A stretch of DNA of 61,634 nucleotides, filler included, from Catajapyx aquilonaris (lineage: Eukaryota): assembly GCA_000934665.2 (NCBI GenBank). It is 4 parts of 4 records of this genome, joined end to end, with 100 filler letters (N's around TTAATTAATTAA, not from the genome) between each part and the next. Parts side by side here need not be neighbours in the genome. Positions count along the whole stretch, not along the records: positions 30,823 to 46,246 come from JYFJ02007535.1; positions 46,347 to 61,634 come from JYFJ02007536.1; 2 more parts are not named here. One strand, given 5' to 3'. A program made the translations under genes and the position numbers. Positions 36,401-50,500 of the stretch are shown here, in pieces (position 1 is the first letter of the stretch; each line of letters begins with the position of its first letter). A model generated the notes under the pieces. It was not told the DNA's origin and searched no databases. It saw nothing but the letters and a program-made list of their open reading frames with translations.

Positions 36401-39400
36401 GGACATATAGCATCTACAGAGGGAAAAACGCACGTTGTGTGGTGGTTAACCAAGCTGAAGTTGATCACAGAAGTGCTGGACATGCTGGACATTTTGCCTT
36501 TCCACAGTTCCAATGCAACTTTATGCAGTTCTATGTAACTAAAGTGAACAGCTCAAATAATGATGTGTCCTCCATCACCGCTGACATGATGGAGAGAACC
36601 TCAGGGGGAGGGAGATTACCGGATTAAAATTGTGCTTCCTACTAAAGGGGCATATGTGGAAGGCTACTGATTTTTTTTACATAAGCTTGATGAGTGTCCC
36701 TTCTCATTTGTACAATTTCGACACCATTGTCCAGTAACTTGAGTATTCGTAGCAAGTTGAAACTAGGGAGGTTCATTGTGGACACTGTATATCAATGGGA
36801 TATTTAACTCTGTAACCTGTTCCTCCAGTGGACATGGTTCTGGGTGTGACTCTGGGGCAGGTCAGTCATGACTCCAAAATTGACTGGCTGGAGCTGAATG
36901 AGACAGGACGCAAGCTACTATTCAGAGACAAGCGAATGAGGCTGAATCTGGTGGATGTAGAGTCATTCTCTAAGACATCCATCCTCAACTATTGCACGTT
37001 TGTCCAGGTTTGTTTAGAGGTTTCATATACAGTATATACGGTATCAGATGGGTATATTTTCTACTTTTACTGGGGATAACTTTTGGTAAGAAATTATGAA
37101 AAGAGAGCAGAATTATGTGACTCGCAAATTATGTCTGTGCAGTGGGTCCCATGCAGTGACGTGGTGGTGGCTCAGAGTCGCAACAACCTGTGTATTTGGT
37201 ACAACATTGAAGTCCCTGAGCGAGTGACCATGTCCCAGATTCGTGGGGAGGTAGTGGATGTGGTGAGAGAAGATGAGGGAGGCAGTGGGGGTGGAAGAAA
37301 GACAGAGGTTGTAGTTCAGGAAGGACATCACCAGATGGGCTACCCAATGGATGAAGCCCTGGTCGAATTTGGCACTGCAGTAGATGACGGAGACTACATG
37401 CGTGCAGTTGCTTACTTGGAGACTCTCAAGGACAATTCAGAGTCAGAGGCCATGTGGCGCACTCTCTCTCGACTTTCCTTGGAAAAAAGACAGTTGACAA
37501 TAGCAGAGAGGTGTGCAGCTGCTTTAGGAGATGTGGCCAAAGCACAGTATCTGAGAGAGACCATTGAACTTGCGGAGGGAGTTGCAAAGGCCACTGGAAT
37601 GGATGGGATGGATGCCCCAGAGGTGTGGGCTAGGATTGCCATCCTGGAAAAACAATTTAAGGCTGCAGAAGGGATTTTCTTGGACCAGAACCAGATAGAC
37701 CAGGCCCTTGAGATGTACCAAAGGCTGCACAAGTGGGAGGATGGTCAGTTGTTATTTTTTTGCATACTTTACACTTTAAAACAGTGTTGAAAAGCAACTG
37801 TATTACTGACTGCTTCTTGAGACATTTAAAGTGAATAAGTAATTTGAATCACAGCTGATGTAATATTTGTCAGAGACTGTGGTCCATTGGTAAAATTTAA
37901 TTTATTCTCTTTTTCTTTCCTCTAAGCATTGGCCTTGGCTGAAGCAAAAGCACACCCCAACCTTGACACTCTTCGCCAGTCCTACTATGACTGGCTAATA
38001 TCCACTGGCCAGGAAGAGAAGGCAGGGGAGATGAAAGAACGCGAGGGAGATTTGAATTCAGCACTATCCATGTACCTGCGTGCAGGGCTGCCTGTTCGGG
38101 CTGCTCGTCTCATCCAGAGTCGAGAGTCCCTTATGGGAAACCCAGATGCAATCCAACGAGTGTCTGCAGCCCTGGTATCAGGGGAGTTTTACGAGCAAGC
38201 AGGACAGCTCTATGAGAGTGTAGAACAGCCCCAGAGAGCTCTAGAGTGCTACAGGGAGGGTGAAGCGTATTCAAAGGCTGTGGAGTTGGCCAGGTATGCT
38301 TATCCAACTGAGGTAGTTACCCTTGAAGAGGAGTGGGGTGACCACCTAGCTGCTAACAAACAGTTGGATGCAGCCATCAACCACTACATTGAAGCAGGGA
38401 AAACTATCAAGGCCCTTGAAGCTGCCATTGGGGCTGGACAGTGGAAAAAGGCTGTGCAGATTATACAAGTAAGGGCTCAAAATTATATCACTCATTTTAC
38501 TCTTCATTTCTGGTTCATGTGACCTTACTTTTACAAAGATTGTGGTCCTCTTTGCATTCTAACTTGTGTCACATGTGCAGGTGATTGATGACAGCACATC
38601 AGTAGCCAAGCACTATTTCAAGCTGGGTCAGCACTTCCGATCAGTGAAAGACTTCACACAGGCAGAGCGCTTCTATCTGATGGGGGGAATGCACAAAGAG
38701 GCTATTGACATGTATAATGAAGCTGGCCAATGGGAAAAGGCCCACCGCCTGGCCAGTCGTTACATGCAATCTGAGGAGGTGTCAGAGATGTATGTGAAAC
38801 AAGCTGAGCAACTGGAACAGCAGGGACGGTTTACCGAGGCGGAAAAGTTGTATGCATCAGTTAATGAGCCAGATCTGGCCATTACTATGTACAAGAAGGC
38901 GAGACAGTATGACCAGATGATGCGCCTGGTGGCACAGTACCACCCAGAACTGGTGGAGACTACCCATCTCCACCTGGCCCAAGAGCTGGAGGGTGAAGGG
39001 AATCACAGGGCTTCTGAGCAGCACTACCTGGCTGCAAATGATTGGAAAGGTGCTGTCAACATGTACAGGGGTGCAGAGATGTGGGAGGATGCTTACAGGG
39101 TGAGCATTGAGTAGAACTGCGATTGAGAAACTTTGGTGTCGGTTTTTAAAGCAAGGGTTGTTATTCCTAAATAATGTGGGCCAGGTTTTTAAAAGATGTT
39201 GCTTTACGTGAAGATAGTGAGTGACTTTTGCCTTTTAAAATAATTATGAGCTCATTTTCATTTTTAAAAAGGTTAAATTTTTAATTTACATTTCCCTGTT
39301 ATGGAGCCATGGGCCCCTTTGGGGGGAGTTAAAATTGAATTGATGTATTGAGAAGAAAGTAACTAATTTTTAATGATGAACTTTGATCATGTAATTCATT

Positions 39401-42377
39401 TATTCTTTAGGTTGCGAAGGTACAGGGTGGTCCACAGGCTGGAAAGCAATTGGCATTCTTGTGGGCCCGCTCCCTTGGTGGAGATTCTGCAGTGAAACTT
39501 CTGACAAAATTTGGGCTCTTGGAACAGTGTATTGAGTATGCCTGTGAGAGCTACCAGTTTGAGTTTGCCTTTGACCTGGCTCGTACTGCCATGAAGCATA
39601 AGATGCCTGACATCCACTACAAGTATGCCATGGCTTTAGAAGATGATGGGAAGTTTCGGGAGGCTGAGGATGAGTTCATCAAGTCTGGGAAGCCCAAGGA
39701 GGCTGTCCTCATGTATGTTATTTGAAGCATATTGCTTTGTGTGCCCCTTACTTTGGCAGGTTTTTACTTCTCAGAGTAGTTAACTAGTTTTACTGAAATA
39801 GATGCCTAATTATAGTTTTTTTTCTGTAAAGTGAGTTATAAGAGTGACATTGCTTACAGCTTTCTACTCTATGGCATTCAAATTGTTCCAGCAATAAGTA
39901 CTGAACTATACTCTTGTTGCTAACTTAGGTATGTTCACAACCAAGACTGGGAGAATGCCCAGCGAGTGGCTGAACTCCATGACCCTGAATCTGTGTCAGA
40001 TGTCTTAGTTGGACAAGCGAAGGTGTCCTTCCAGGAGCGCAACTTCCCCCGCTTTGAGAGTCTCCTCCTGCGAGCTCAGTGCCCTGAGTTGGCAGTAAAG
40101 TATTATCAGGAGGCAGGGATGTGGCCAGATGCATTACGTCTGTGTAGAGAGTACCTCCCACACAAGATGGCTGCAATGCAGGAGGAGTACGATAGACAAG
40201 CACCTACCAGGGGAGGAGGTGTGGGCCCTGTGGATGTGGACACTCTTATGTCACAGGGACAAGAATGGGAAGCCAATGGGGAGTACCTGAGAGCCATCGA
40301 GTCATATTTGAAGGTCAGTTTATTTCTTATGTCTCACTTGAGGTAGTGAAATGTTGCTGGCAAGAGAATAATTACTGGATGTTTTGCATCAATTTACAAT
40401 AATTTTCATTCAGCAAATCTGAATTTTCCTATGTCCAGAAAGTGGCAATGGAATGCATAATCACTTTTTTACCTGCTGCTATTTTTCCTGAAGGTGACAT
40501 CAACAGCAACAGACAATGCAGAGGTTATGACAAAGGCCTGGACTCGAGCTGCAGATGTAGCAGTCAAGTTTATGGATAGTGAGCGTGCAGCCCAGGTGGC
40601 CCAAGTGTCTGGGTCACGCCTCAAGCAATTGGGCCGCATTGCACAAGCAGCCAACGTGTTTTTAGCTGCAGGTCTGAATCGGGAAGCAGTAGATGCATAT
40701 CTGTCTGCAGAGGAGTGGGCAAAGGCAAGGAAAGTCGCAAGGGATCTCGAACCTGCCTTGGAAGAATATGTTGAGGGCATATACAAGCAGTCACTAAAGC
40801 AGCAGGGCAGAGCAGAGCAACTGGCAGATGTTGATCTCATTGGAGCACTAGACCTTATGGCAGAGCAAGGGCAGTGGTCAAAGTGCATTGAAACTGCCAC
40901 TCAGCATGGATCACAAGTCCTGCACAAATATGTTGCTCTGTATGGATCCCATCTCGTTAAGGTACATTAAGGTACCTCGTAAAGTGGTACTCGTGATTTG
41001 AACTTAATTGTCCTGGTGGCTATCATCTCACAGCAAACTGTCTTATTTTCAGAGTGGCAATCCACAAGACGCTGTGCAGCTTTACGCTAAGCATGGAGCC
41101 CCTGACCTTCGGGCCAATTACAACCTCTACCGTCGAATGGCTATAGACATGTTTAGCCTCCCAGACATGAACACTCCAGAAGCCTACCAATCATGGGCAT
41201 GCCTGAGGGATGTTCTTTATGACTTTCTGGAGAACTTGCGGCATGGAGGTTCAGCAGGGGGAGGTGGAGGGAAGGTGTGGGATGAGTTTGAGACTCTCCT
41301 TTTGGTGGCCCACTACTATGCCAACCGGTCAGCCTTTAGGTCTGCCCCACAGCTTGGAAAATTGGTGGCGAAAGTATCTGCTAGTCTACTGCGGCACACT
41401 GACATTGTGCCAGTGGACAAAGCTTTTCTAGAAGCTGGAATGGATGCGAAGGTTGGTTCTGACCACGTTCTGACACATCGTGTGTTTGGGATGTTGTAGC
41501 CTTTCCCATTTCATTGGCGGACGTTGGGGATAATAAGTTTTGATCAATACCAAACTGCTTATGCCTGAATACATTCATATGTTGGATAATCTTTGACTTC
41601 ACCATATTGTGTAAATGTAATTAATGCCGCTTTGAAATAGGTAAATACTATACCTATCTTGATAGGTCGCAGTATAATATGCAGCATTTATTTCAGGATG
41701 GAGGTGTAGAGACAATGGCATTTGTGTTCCTGAACCGATACTTAGACTTGCACGAAGCAATTGATGAGGGCTCTTTGGACATGATAGACAACTCTGACTT
41801 TGTCAACACCGATGTTCCCTATGAGGTACCACTCCCAGAACGTCCCTTCCTGCAGGGGGGAGATCATGAGAAAATTAAGGACTGGGTGCTCACTGTCTCC
41901 ATGGACCAGCAAATTGAACAGGTGGGGCATGCCTTTGTAAGGTGAGGGACCTTGTAGGTTTAGCTTGAAAATAGTAAGACAAAGTACCAAATCACACATT
42001 GTGAGATATTTCATAAATGCTGGATGGAGTCCCCATGATTACAGGTTCTCCCAATGGATGAGCGTGGTTGCTATGAGGCATCACTGCTAGATCCTAGTGG
42101 GGAGAAGGCGAAGGCATGTGTAGTGACAGGCTACCCAGCCATCAAGTCACTGGTGCAGTTCAACAAGAAGGGAAGGGTGGCGAACCGGGAGGACTGGAAC
42201 CGACTGGTAATGGCTGCCAGAGTAGGGGGCGGAGGAAGCAATGGGGATGACGGAAGTGGCAGCTCCAAAGAAGCCAGCAGCAATTCATCAAGTGACCTGA
42301 AGGTCAAACCTCTCCAGGATGTGCTGCGATTTATTGGGAAGTGGGGAGGAGGAGCACCTGATTATTCCTTCAATTGA
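33466..42377 (+). CDS. IFT172: Intraflagellar transport protein 172, ~19 exons
   Basis: [10 protein letters not shown] start; WD40 region ([50 protein letters not shown]); TPR/clathrin-like repeats; C-terminal CVVTGYP. Confidence 0.96.
36236..36787 (+). mobile_element. Internally deleted Tc1/mariner element in an IFT172 intron
   Basis: TA|CAGGGTGTCCATAATGAACCTCCCTA...TAGGGAGGTTCATTGTGGACACTG|TA; transposase N- and C-terminal relics ([11 protein letters not shown]). Confidence 0.85.
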
Positions 42378-45300
42378 AGGGAAGGGAGGAAGGCGTTTTA
42401 ATTGTTGGCCACTCTCCATGTTAATGAAAATAAATGCTGAACATATGTTATTTTATGCAGGTGATGGCAAGTGTCAGGTGCTAGTTTCTAGGAAGGAAAA
42501 AATTGCAGTTATTTGGTGATAAAGTGTTGTTTTCCTGCAAATTAGTCATTAATAATGATGGTTAACCACCTGTTCTGCCGAGTTTTTCATTTGCGACTTC
42601 AGATTTAATAATTTGGCCTGCCATATCTTGCACGAGAAACTAGCACCTGCATTGGCCATGAACTGTTCAATTCAAAGTTGTAATAGTTACACGTTTATCC
42701 TTGTACAAGTTCTAGTCAAAAAGCACTGTGTTATGTGCAGCACTTGGGAGTGTGCACCAATGTAACTGGTACTGAATGAAGATGTGAGTAGCATTAGCCG
42801 CAAATGTGTGATTCCATCCAATGTCCATGACATAGTCGTTATTCTGACTGTGATAATTACTCTGTCCAAAGAAAATAAATGTGCCTTTAAAGTGTCACTC
42901 ACTTCCTGACTTTTATTTGTTATTTATTACTGGCTGACATACCTGTACATTGACTTTAATTGTTGGGACAACTAACCGCAGCATGTGTAATTTTGTTCTG
43001 GTAGAACTGTACTATACATAGTGCTACTGAAGATGTGAGTGGTACACAATACTATAGTTGTCAGCTATGCAAAGTTTTATGCAAGCTCACTATGTATGTG
43101 ATGTGTGCAATGCAGTGTGCAAGTACCTGAGTGAAACAATCCTCGGCCTTGAATGCTTGAGGAGACATTATATATTTGCTCTTCTAGTTACCGGGGCATA
43201 AATGCAGCGGATCTATTCCTGCCAGTAAATATTCTCAACAGAACATGTGCAGCCTCTGATTGGCCAAACAGGGGTGTAGTTGCATAAATGCCGAGCAAAC
43301 TTATGACGCACATAACACCAAAAAATACCTATTTGATTACCAGCAGTGGATCAATCTTAGCCCAACTTTATTGCAGTATTAATTCTAGGAAATAGCTGTT
43401 TGCATATCGTTAGCAGTGTTTTACTAAGGATGGCCCGATTCAGCAATCTCCAGAGATTGACTTGGAAAAACTTGCTCCAATTTGTCACGTCAAAGGGAAA
43501 ATTATGTTGTCAGAGAACTTGATGAATGCTTAGAAATGAAACGGGGACTCGCGCTCATTGTGCCAAGTAATTAATGACTTACGTGGGCGTCGTACATTGT
43601 GAAGTTTTGCACAATCCTGCGCAATATCTGGCACCCCCGTGTACTTTGTTGTTGCTTCCAGCTCCTTAAGATGCCGAGTCACGATTTCTGGCCAATGAAC
43701 TTGATTATACGCATTACTAAGCATGCTGATGTTTAATAAGTTGCATCTATCTATGTGCAACTGCAGTGCTTTTCGTGCATGCCATTAAGTACGGTACAGT
43801 TTTTTATGAGTTAAAAATCGTGCTTGGTAGTGCGTGGGGAAAATTATTATAAGTAAAATTATTATGAGAATATATTGGTAGTGAAAAAGTTTCGAGGTAT
43901 TGTTTCAGCCGATAGATTATGTCCAATCATAGATTTATCGGGAGTCCATTGTGGAACAGCCAATTGATGGTCAAGCAATTATTTATTGCTACATATTTTT
44001 AAGAAAAATTATTTCCAGGAATAATAACTTTTGTCAGTCCGGTTTTACCATGTCCGTACCATGGTACGAGTTGGATGCACGTAACACCGATTCTTTAGAT
44101 AAATTTTTCCGGACACGAACTTGAAGCATGCACCTTTTTTCCTGTTTGCAAAGTTTCAAAACCACATTGACGTCACTTGCAGCTAATTATTAGAAATAAT
44201 AATACCGGTTTGAATTGAGGAAAAATATTGCATTTATTAGGTGTCTCAACTAATTAAATTGCGTATTTTCAATGACCTTGTAACTTACATAACTATTTAG
44301 CCTACATTCCACACGTAAATCCGGTCATGTAACAATTAAATTAAATAACTCGCCCTCCCTTGGGAACCTCCCCTTTCCCCCCTAAAAGGGCTCCGCCATA
44401 TCACGGGTTACAAATTTAAAAAATTTAACTAAACAATTTTTAACAATTTAAAAATTTAAATAAAATAAAATATTTCCATATGGTGCGTGACAAATAAGCC
44501 ATGTCATAATGCAAATTGACCTTGCAATTTGTCCAAAAAAAAACATTACCCGCCATTGTTCAATTCAAACCTCGCGCTCCTCCTACAGTGTTGCCACATC
44601 TGAATAAATCGTGAGGGATTGGTGACCTCGGGATTAGAGCGAGTGGGCTGGTGGGTGGCTGGGGAAAGGTCACTGCGGGCATTTGTACGTCCTTCCGTCC
44701 ATCCCGTACCTACTCGTACCAGTCGCTACGAGTTACGAGTGGTGGCAGGGGGGTGGGAGGGAGATGGTGGGGAGTGGGATGCACTTATCCCCCCAAGGCA
44801 CCCACAATTGGCGGGGATTAAATTTGGTGGGGATTCCCCCCCCCAGCTGTATGATAACAGGTAGGGGGCAATGGGGGTCAGGGTGGCACATACTGAGGTC
44901 AGCGGTTTCCTGACCGGTGCCATTAAACGGGCATACAAATTAGCATTTATGGCGCTAAAATTGAGAGGATAAGTATGCGGGGTTGCCGGATTTGGTTTGC
45001 CATTCATATTCCCATGGTGTTATCGGGCTTACTCACACCNTTGGAGGGACGATCAAAAGTGGTGGGGTTTTGCAGGCTACGGTGACGATTGACATTAATT
45101 GCATATTTTTTTATAGGCCAAATGGAAATTTGAGGGGTTGGCTATGAATAATTTTAAATATTTATCTGTTAATTAGCTATTTTGACAATCTGCTTGGTTG
45201 CCAGTATTTGCCGAATGCAAATTCGCGCTGGATGTCAAACACGCAGTATATACATGCCAGATTCTTGCGAAATTCTGAATGGAACTGGGAATTCCGCGGA

Positions 45301-45431
45301 TTTGTTTTTGCTGCGAATCTTCTGTTTATAATTTACACATTTTTTATGTTCACTCACGCAGGTTTTGCATGCAAAAAAATGGGTTTCTCTAGCATGTAAA
45401 TAAATGGGATACATGAGTTGCTAAATTGCAC

Positions 45432-45752
45432 TAGTACTCCCGATAATCCGGATGCGGATTATTCATGTTTCGGATTATCCGCGCATTGGTAAAACAAAGA
45501 AAATTCGGAAAAGTTTTAAAAAATGACAATTTTTCTCGCAAACAATGAGTGATACCAATGTGATACTTTTTCCAGATGACAAACTAAAATCTACGGAAAT
45601 TTGTCTAATTTTAATTAAATATTATTTTAAGCAGAATACAGTATGTACAGGTTGTCCATTTAAAACCTGTGAACAGCTCATTTTACGGTATCTAGGACCG
45701 TTTTCCGATCATCCGCGATACTCGTGCAGCCACCGGATAATCAGGAGTACTG
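45432..45752. mobile_element. pogo/Tigger-like MITE
   Basis: TIR AGTACTCCCGATAATCCGG / CCGGATAATCAGGAGTACTG followed by TA. Confidence 0.7.
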
Positions 45753-46056
45753 TACAGTGATGTATTATAATTTTTAACGTTTACTTAAATTTTTAAATAT
45801 TTATTCACTGCAATATTTCAAGTAGTTTAATTGGCATTTTTATTACACACTGCGAAATTGTCAAATTTAATCCGATTAATTTTTAATGTTTAAAATTTCC
45901 ATATAGTTATTATTATTACAGTTGACTCCGGATATAACAGCCTCGGCTAGAACAGATTCTCGGTTATAGCAGACTCAAAAGGCTTGTCCCGCCATACTTC
46001 CATATATGAAGACCTCGAAGGAAGAACGATCAAGGTCCACCTCAGGTGAAACTGAG

Positions 46057-46058
<2 letters not shown>

Positions 46059-46138
<80 letters not shown>

Positions 46139-46162
46139 CATCATCATCATCACCACCATCAT
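46059..46162. repeat. (AAT)n/(CAT)n microsatellite
   Basis: Direct reading. Confidence 0.95.
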
Positions 46163-46246
46163 CAATATTATTAATACCCGACTGTTCCCACAACTCCTCC
46201 CGCACCGTACGGCCTACAGCATTGGGAGGGGTGTCAAAAGTTTGCG

Positions 46247-46346
46247 NNNNNNNNNNNNNNNNNNNNNNNNNNNNNNNNNNNNNNNNNNNNTTAATTAATT
46301 AANNNNNNNNNNNNNNNNNNNNNNNNNNNNNNNNNNNNNNNNNNNN
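46247..46346. other. Artificial contig spacer
   Basis: 44 N + TTAATTAATTAA + 44 N. Confidence 0.97.
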
Positions 46347-47500
46347 GATTGCGTCATAGTATATCGGAATTTGCACAAAATTTTCAAATTGCAGAACTTT
46401 CGATCAGCTGAGGTTACAATATGGAATAATATACTCATTTTATGGGAAATTTAATGCTCTACAACTTCTTCTCTGAAAACGTTCTTCTCAAATGAACGGA
46501 AAACGAGATAAAAGGAAACGTTTGTGAACAAACGGGAGGCAAGAATGTTTTTTGGGGGAATTCGCGATTTTGACGAGCGTATATCTCTGAAACTATAACA
46601 GATACGTAAATAGTGAATAGAGACATTCTCATAGGGAATTTTACCAGCTTCAAATTTGTACATTACCACATTCTGGCTAGACCTACCCGATTTCGAGATA
46701 TAATATAAAAACCAAAAAACCGTACCTTCTTCCCCCCCTCCCCCCTTAGCCTCACCTCCTAGGTCCCGGGACTTTTAGTATGTTTACCTCCTAACTAGTC
46801 CAAACAAATCCCTGAGGTCAATTCTTGCCGTCCCGTCATTTCCGTCTACACCCCCTTCATTGCCTGGACTACATAGGGACACTGGGTTTAGTGGGAAAGA
46901 ATATCTTGATAAACTTTTCATTACTTCCTCGTGACACATCGTCGGTGATCGTGCAAAACCTCGTATGTTCCATTGGTTTTTGCAGGAGATACGAGGTTTT
47001 GCATGATCACCGACGACATGTAGCATAGAAAATAGGGTATTATTTTGCAATTATGTTATGTTAAGAAAATTATATGCGAACAGTCGGATAAATCCAACTT
47101 CCTGTGTATTCAGTACTAGAACTCGGCTTTGCAGTCGCATAAAGGGCTGTCTTAATCCCCTTCCTCACGTCCTCTCTGGCTCAATATACTTAACCAAAAC
47201 CAGTGTATAGGTAAATCGGAGCATTGTTAGGTAACAAACCAAGTGAGCTTCACAAAAATGGATATTAAATGAGTACAAACTGCATCAACATATGATCTGC
47301 TAGTTGATTAATAGAAAGACCAGGCCTGGACACTCCTTGCAACTCATGACCATGATCTGTTGTTTTACAAGTGTCATGTGACGTTATTAAAAATTGCAGT
47401 GCCAATATCTAATTTACCTGTTAAATCTTCTAGTATAGGCTGGTTGGGGTAATTGTAAAATTATTAATTTTCATCCATAAACAATTTAATATCATTGAAG

Positions 47501-50500
47501 GTTGGGTGAAGAATTTCCCGACCTGGTTGGCGTGACCCTTGGCCTCACTGGCCAGTGGTGGGGAGTTGCTCCACCAAGCCCGAAACGCCGGCGTTGGAAA
47601 AGTGGTGGTAGTGCCAGTGGTGCCAGCACTGCCAGAGACAGCTGCCCTGTGTGCCTCGGAGCAGAATGTAGACGAGGTCGACGCAGGCAAGCATCGGGTG
47701 GGGGATGCGGCTGGCGAAAACGTCGCCCTTGGGAAGGCCTTCTGGTCCCAGAGGAGGCTGACGCTGCATTACACAGGCTACTGGAAGGTGTTCTGGGACA
47801 ATATGTTGGCAGCTGGTATACACCTCTCTCCGGTGGGGATCATGCATTTCCAAAGGAGCTTCGCTTGGCACTCCGGCATGCCCTATCACTCATTCTTCGA
47901 CGTTCCTTGCAACTGGATGCCCCAAAGATCCTGGCAACCAAGGGTGTGCCACTCATTCTGGGACACCTGGATGCTTTCCTGTACTGTCGTAAGGCTGCAA
48001 GACGTCGCAATGTGCCAATGACAGAAGCAGCTCTCCAGGTGTATGGCTCTCGGCTCCACTTTGCAGCACGAAGCAGAGCGAATGAAGTCCAGTATCTTGG
48101 GGCACTTTCACGTGCTCTGGTGTCTCTTCTGGCACCACCTGAATGTGTCCAATGTAAAGCGTCCGGTGCCTTGCTGCATCGCGTCTTGTCTCATTCAGTA
48201 CTGCTGCAGGCAGCAGACATTGTGTGTGATCCAGACATTCTCAACCAATTGCTGCTTTTGCTGGTTTATCCAGACAGTGACACAGTGTTGGGGAAGGCCA
48301 GTGGGAACAAGGTGGAGTTTCTACAAGCATTTGTTGTGGGGAACGATCCTGCTGGAAACACTGTTCTTGTAGGTTTATTTTTCCATTTTTTCCGGCTCTG
48401 AAATTAATTACATTTTTTTATGTACCTTTGACAACAATTTTCATTTCAGCCATTACGGGCAGAACTGGGATCAGTGTTGAAGGAACCATCACTTCTGTAC
48501 CCATTCATGCAGTTCCTTAAGGGGCAGGGTGCAGTGCATGTGCTGCAGTTCTGTTTGGATGCTGATGCGTTCAATGCGCACATGCTGCGCCCAGAGATTC
48601 CGTACTCTGAGTTGCCCCTGTTGCATGCTGAGGCAAAGGCACTCTACCAGAACTACTTTGCCCCTGATGCTGTGGACCAGGTGCCCTTCCCACCTGGTGT
48701 GGCTGATGAGCTGTATCTAGGTGAGTGACCCTCTGCTTTGATCATTGAATCGCAAACTCATGTATGACTTTCATTTACTGCAGTTGTGTGTGAACCAGTG
48801 GAGGAAATACTGAGTCTTCAGACGCGGACACCTCTCTTCCGTGCCTATGAGTGGGCCTTCTCTTTACTGGACACATCCTTCCTGCCCCTATTTTATCACA
48901 GTGATGAGGTTAGTCCATGTTAATGTTGCTCAGGGGTGTATTACCCAATAGGCCAAGTAGGCACGTGCCTAGGGTGACAAATTTTAGGGGGTGGCAAAAT
49001 TTGCATCCCCCTAAAATTTACCGCTCAAGACTCAAAATTATTTTCTCCTCCATAACATTTTTCGCCTCCATGGCATTTAATGTCATTGAGGCTGAAAATT
49101 TTATCGAGGAGAAAATTTGGATGCGTGCGAAAATATATGTACTTCATGGCATCACCGTTCACGTGCCGCCCCAAGATGAATCGGCCGATGCCCGAGACCA
49201 GTAAGCGTGAAAGTCGCATGCACCCTTCCCCCCTAGGACAGTGGGGATCTGTGCAGGATCTACAGGCGACTTTCGCCCTTACTTGTCTGGGCAGTGGCCG
49301 ATTCACCTTGGAGCTGCATAAAAGTGTATGAAACCCAAGATGAAATTCACTGGATTTTGCTCAGTACTAGTAGGAGTGGTTATGCCTAGGCCCAACAAAA
49401 ACCTAAATAAGTCACTGATGTTGCTAGATATGTAACTCAGGATAAGGCACTGCAGGGAATCATTCTTGTGTTGTACAGAAATTATTTCATTTCGTCTGCC
49501 AGACCTAAATGTGCAAGCACATATACAAGTACTTACATTTGTTGTTCAAGGTATCCTATCTAACAAGTGTCTGTCGGAAGGGAAAAATTTTGCTATGAAA
49601 ACCCTATTGCATAAAAATATTTTTAAGAACAAGCCTGTTCCAGTGCTGGGTAATGAGCTGTGAAGATCTGTGATAAATTTCAACAATCAGTTGAACAGGT
49701 TTTTAAAATATACCCCATGAGATATTCATGTGCACGTCATGCTCAGTAGCTCCAAAATAAAATATGTGAACATGTAGGTTAGGGTGCTTGTTTGTGAAAG
49801 ATATATTCCAATATGTAAGTGCTAAAACATGCAGTCCATACCAAGTGGTAGGTGCGACGCATCAGATAAAGAAAATGACAATGGCCGTAGCATGTATGAC
49901 CACTAGGAACGAGCTGTGTTTGGTGTCCATTTAGTTATGCCAAATTTTATCATATGTTTATGAAATAATTTTTTTCAGTTTTACGCCTGGATTGTGGGTG
50001 ACCGTGTGACAGGCAGCCAGTCAAAGCGCAAGCGTGGACGTGCAGATGGAAGCCCCCGCAAGGGTGGCTTTATCCCTGGGCAACCTCTTCAGCGCCTGAA
50101 GGGCATCCTGCAGGGTGGAGGCTCAGTAGTGGAGGGGCAGGCTCCACCTGAGGGAGAAGAGTACGGAGAAGACCTGGTAGCAGGTGGAGAGGAGCCAGAT
50201 CCTGACCTTCTTGTGCGCCGTGATCTCAGCACTTGGCGAGTGTCAGTACCAAGAGTGGAGTCCCGCCTAGACCCCGCTGGTGGGCGTCCCACGCATGTAT
50301 TTATTATTGAGGTGCGGCGTGTTGACGTGTGCAGCGAAGATGAGGAGTGCCGTTGGAGTGTGGAGCGCCGCACACATGAGTTCTACCAACTGGAGGCAAA
50401 GCTGAACGAATTCCATGGGGGATTTGAGGATGCCCAGCTACCTAAGCGAGGTGCCCTGGGACTGTTTCCTGGGGCTTCTGCAGCAAAGGGGCCAGAGTGG

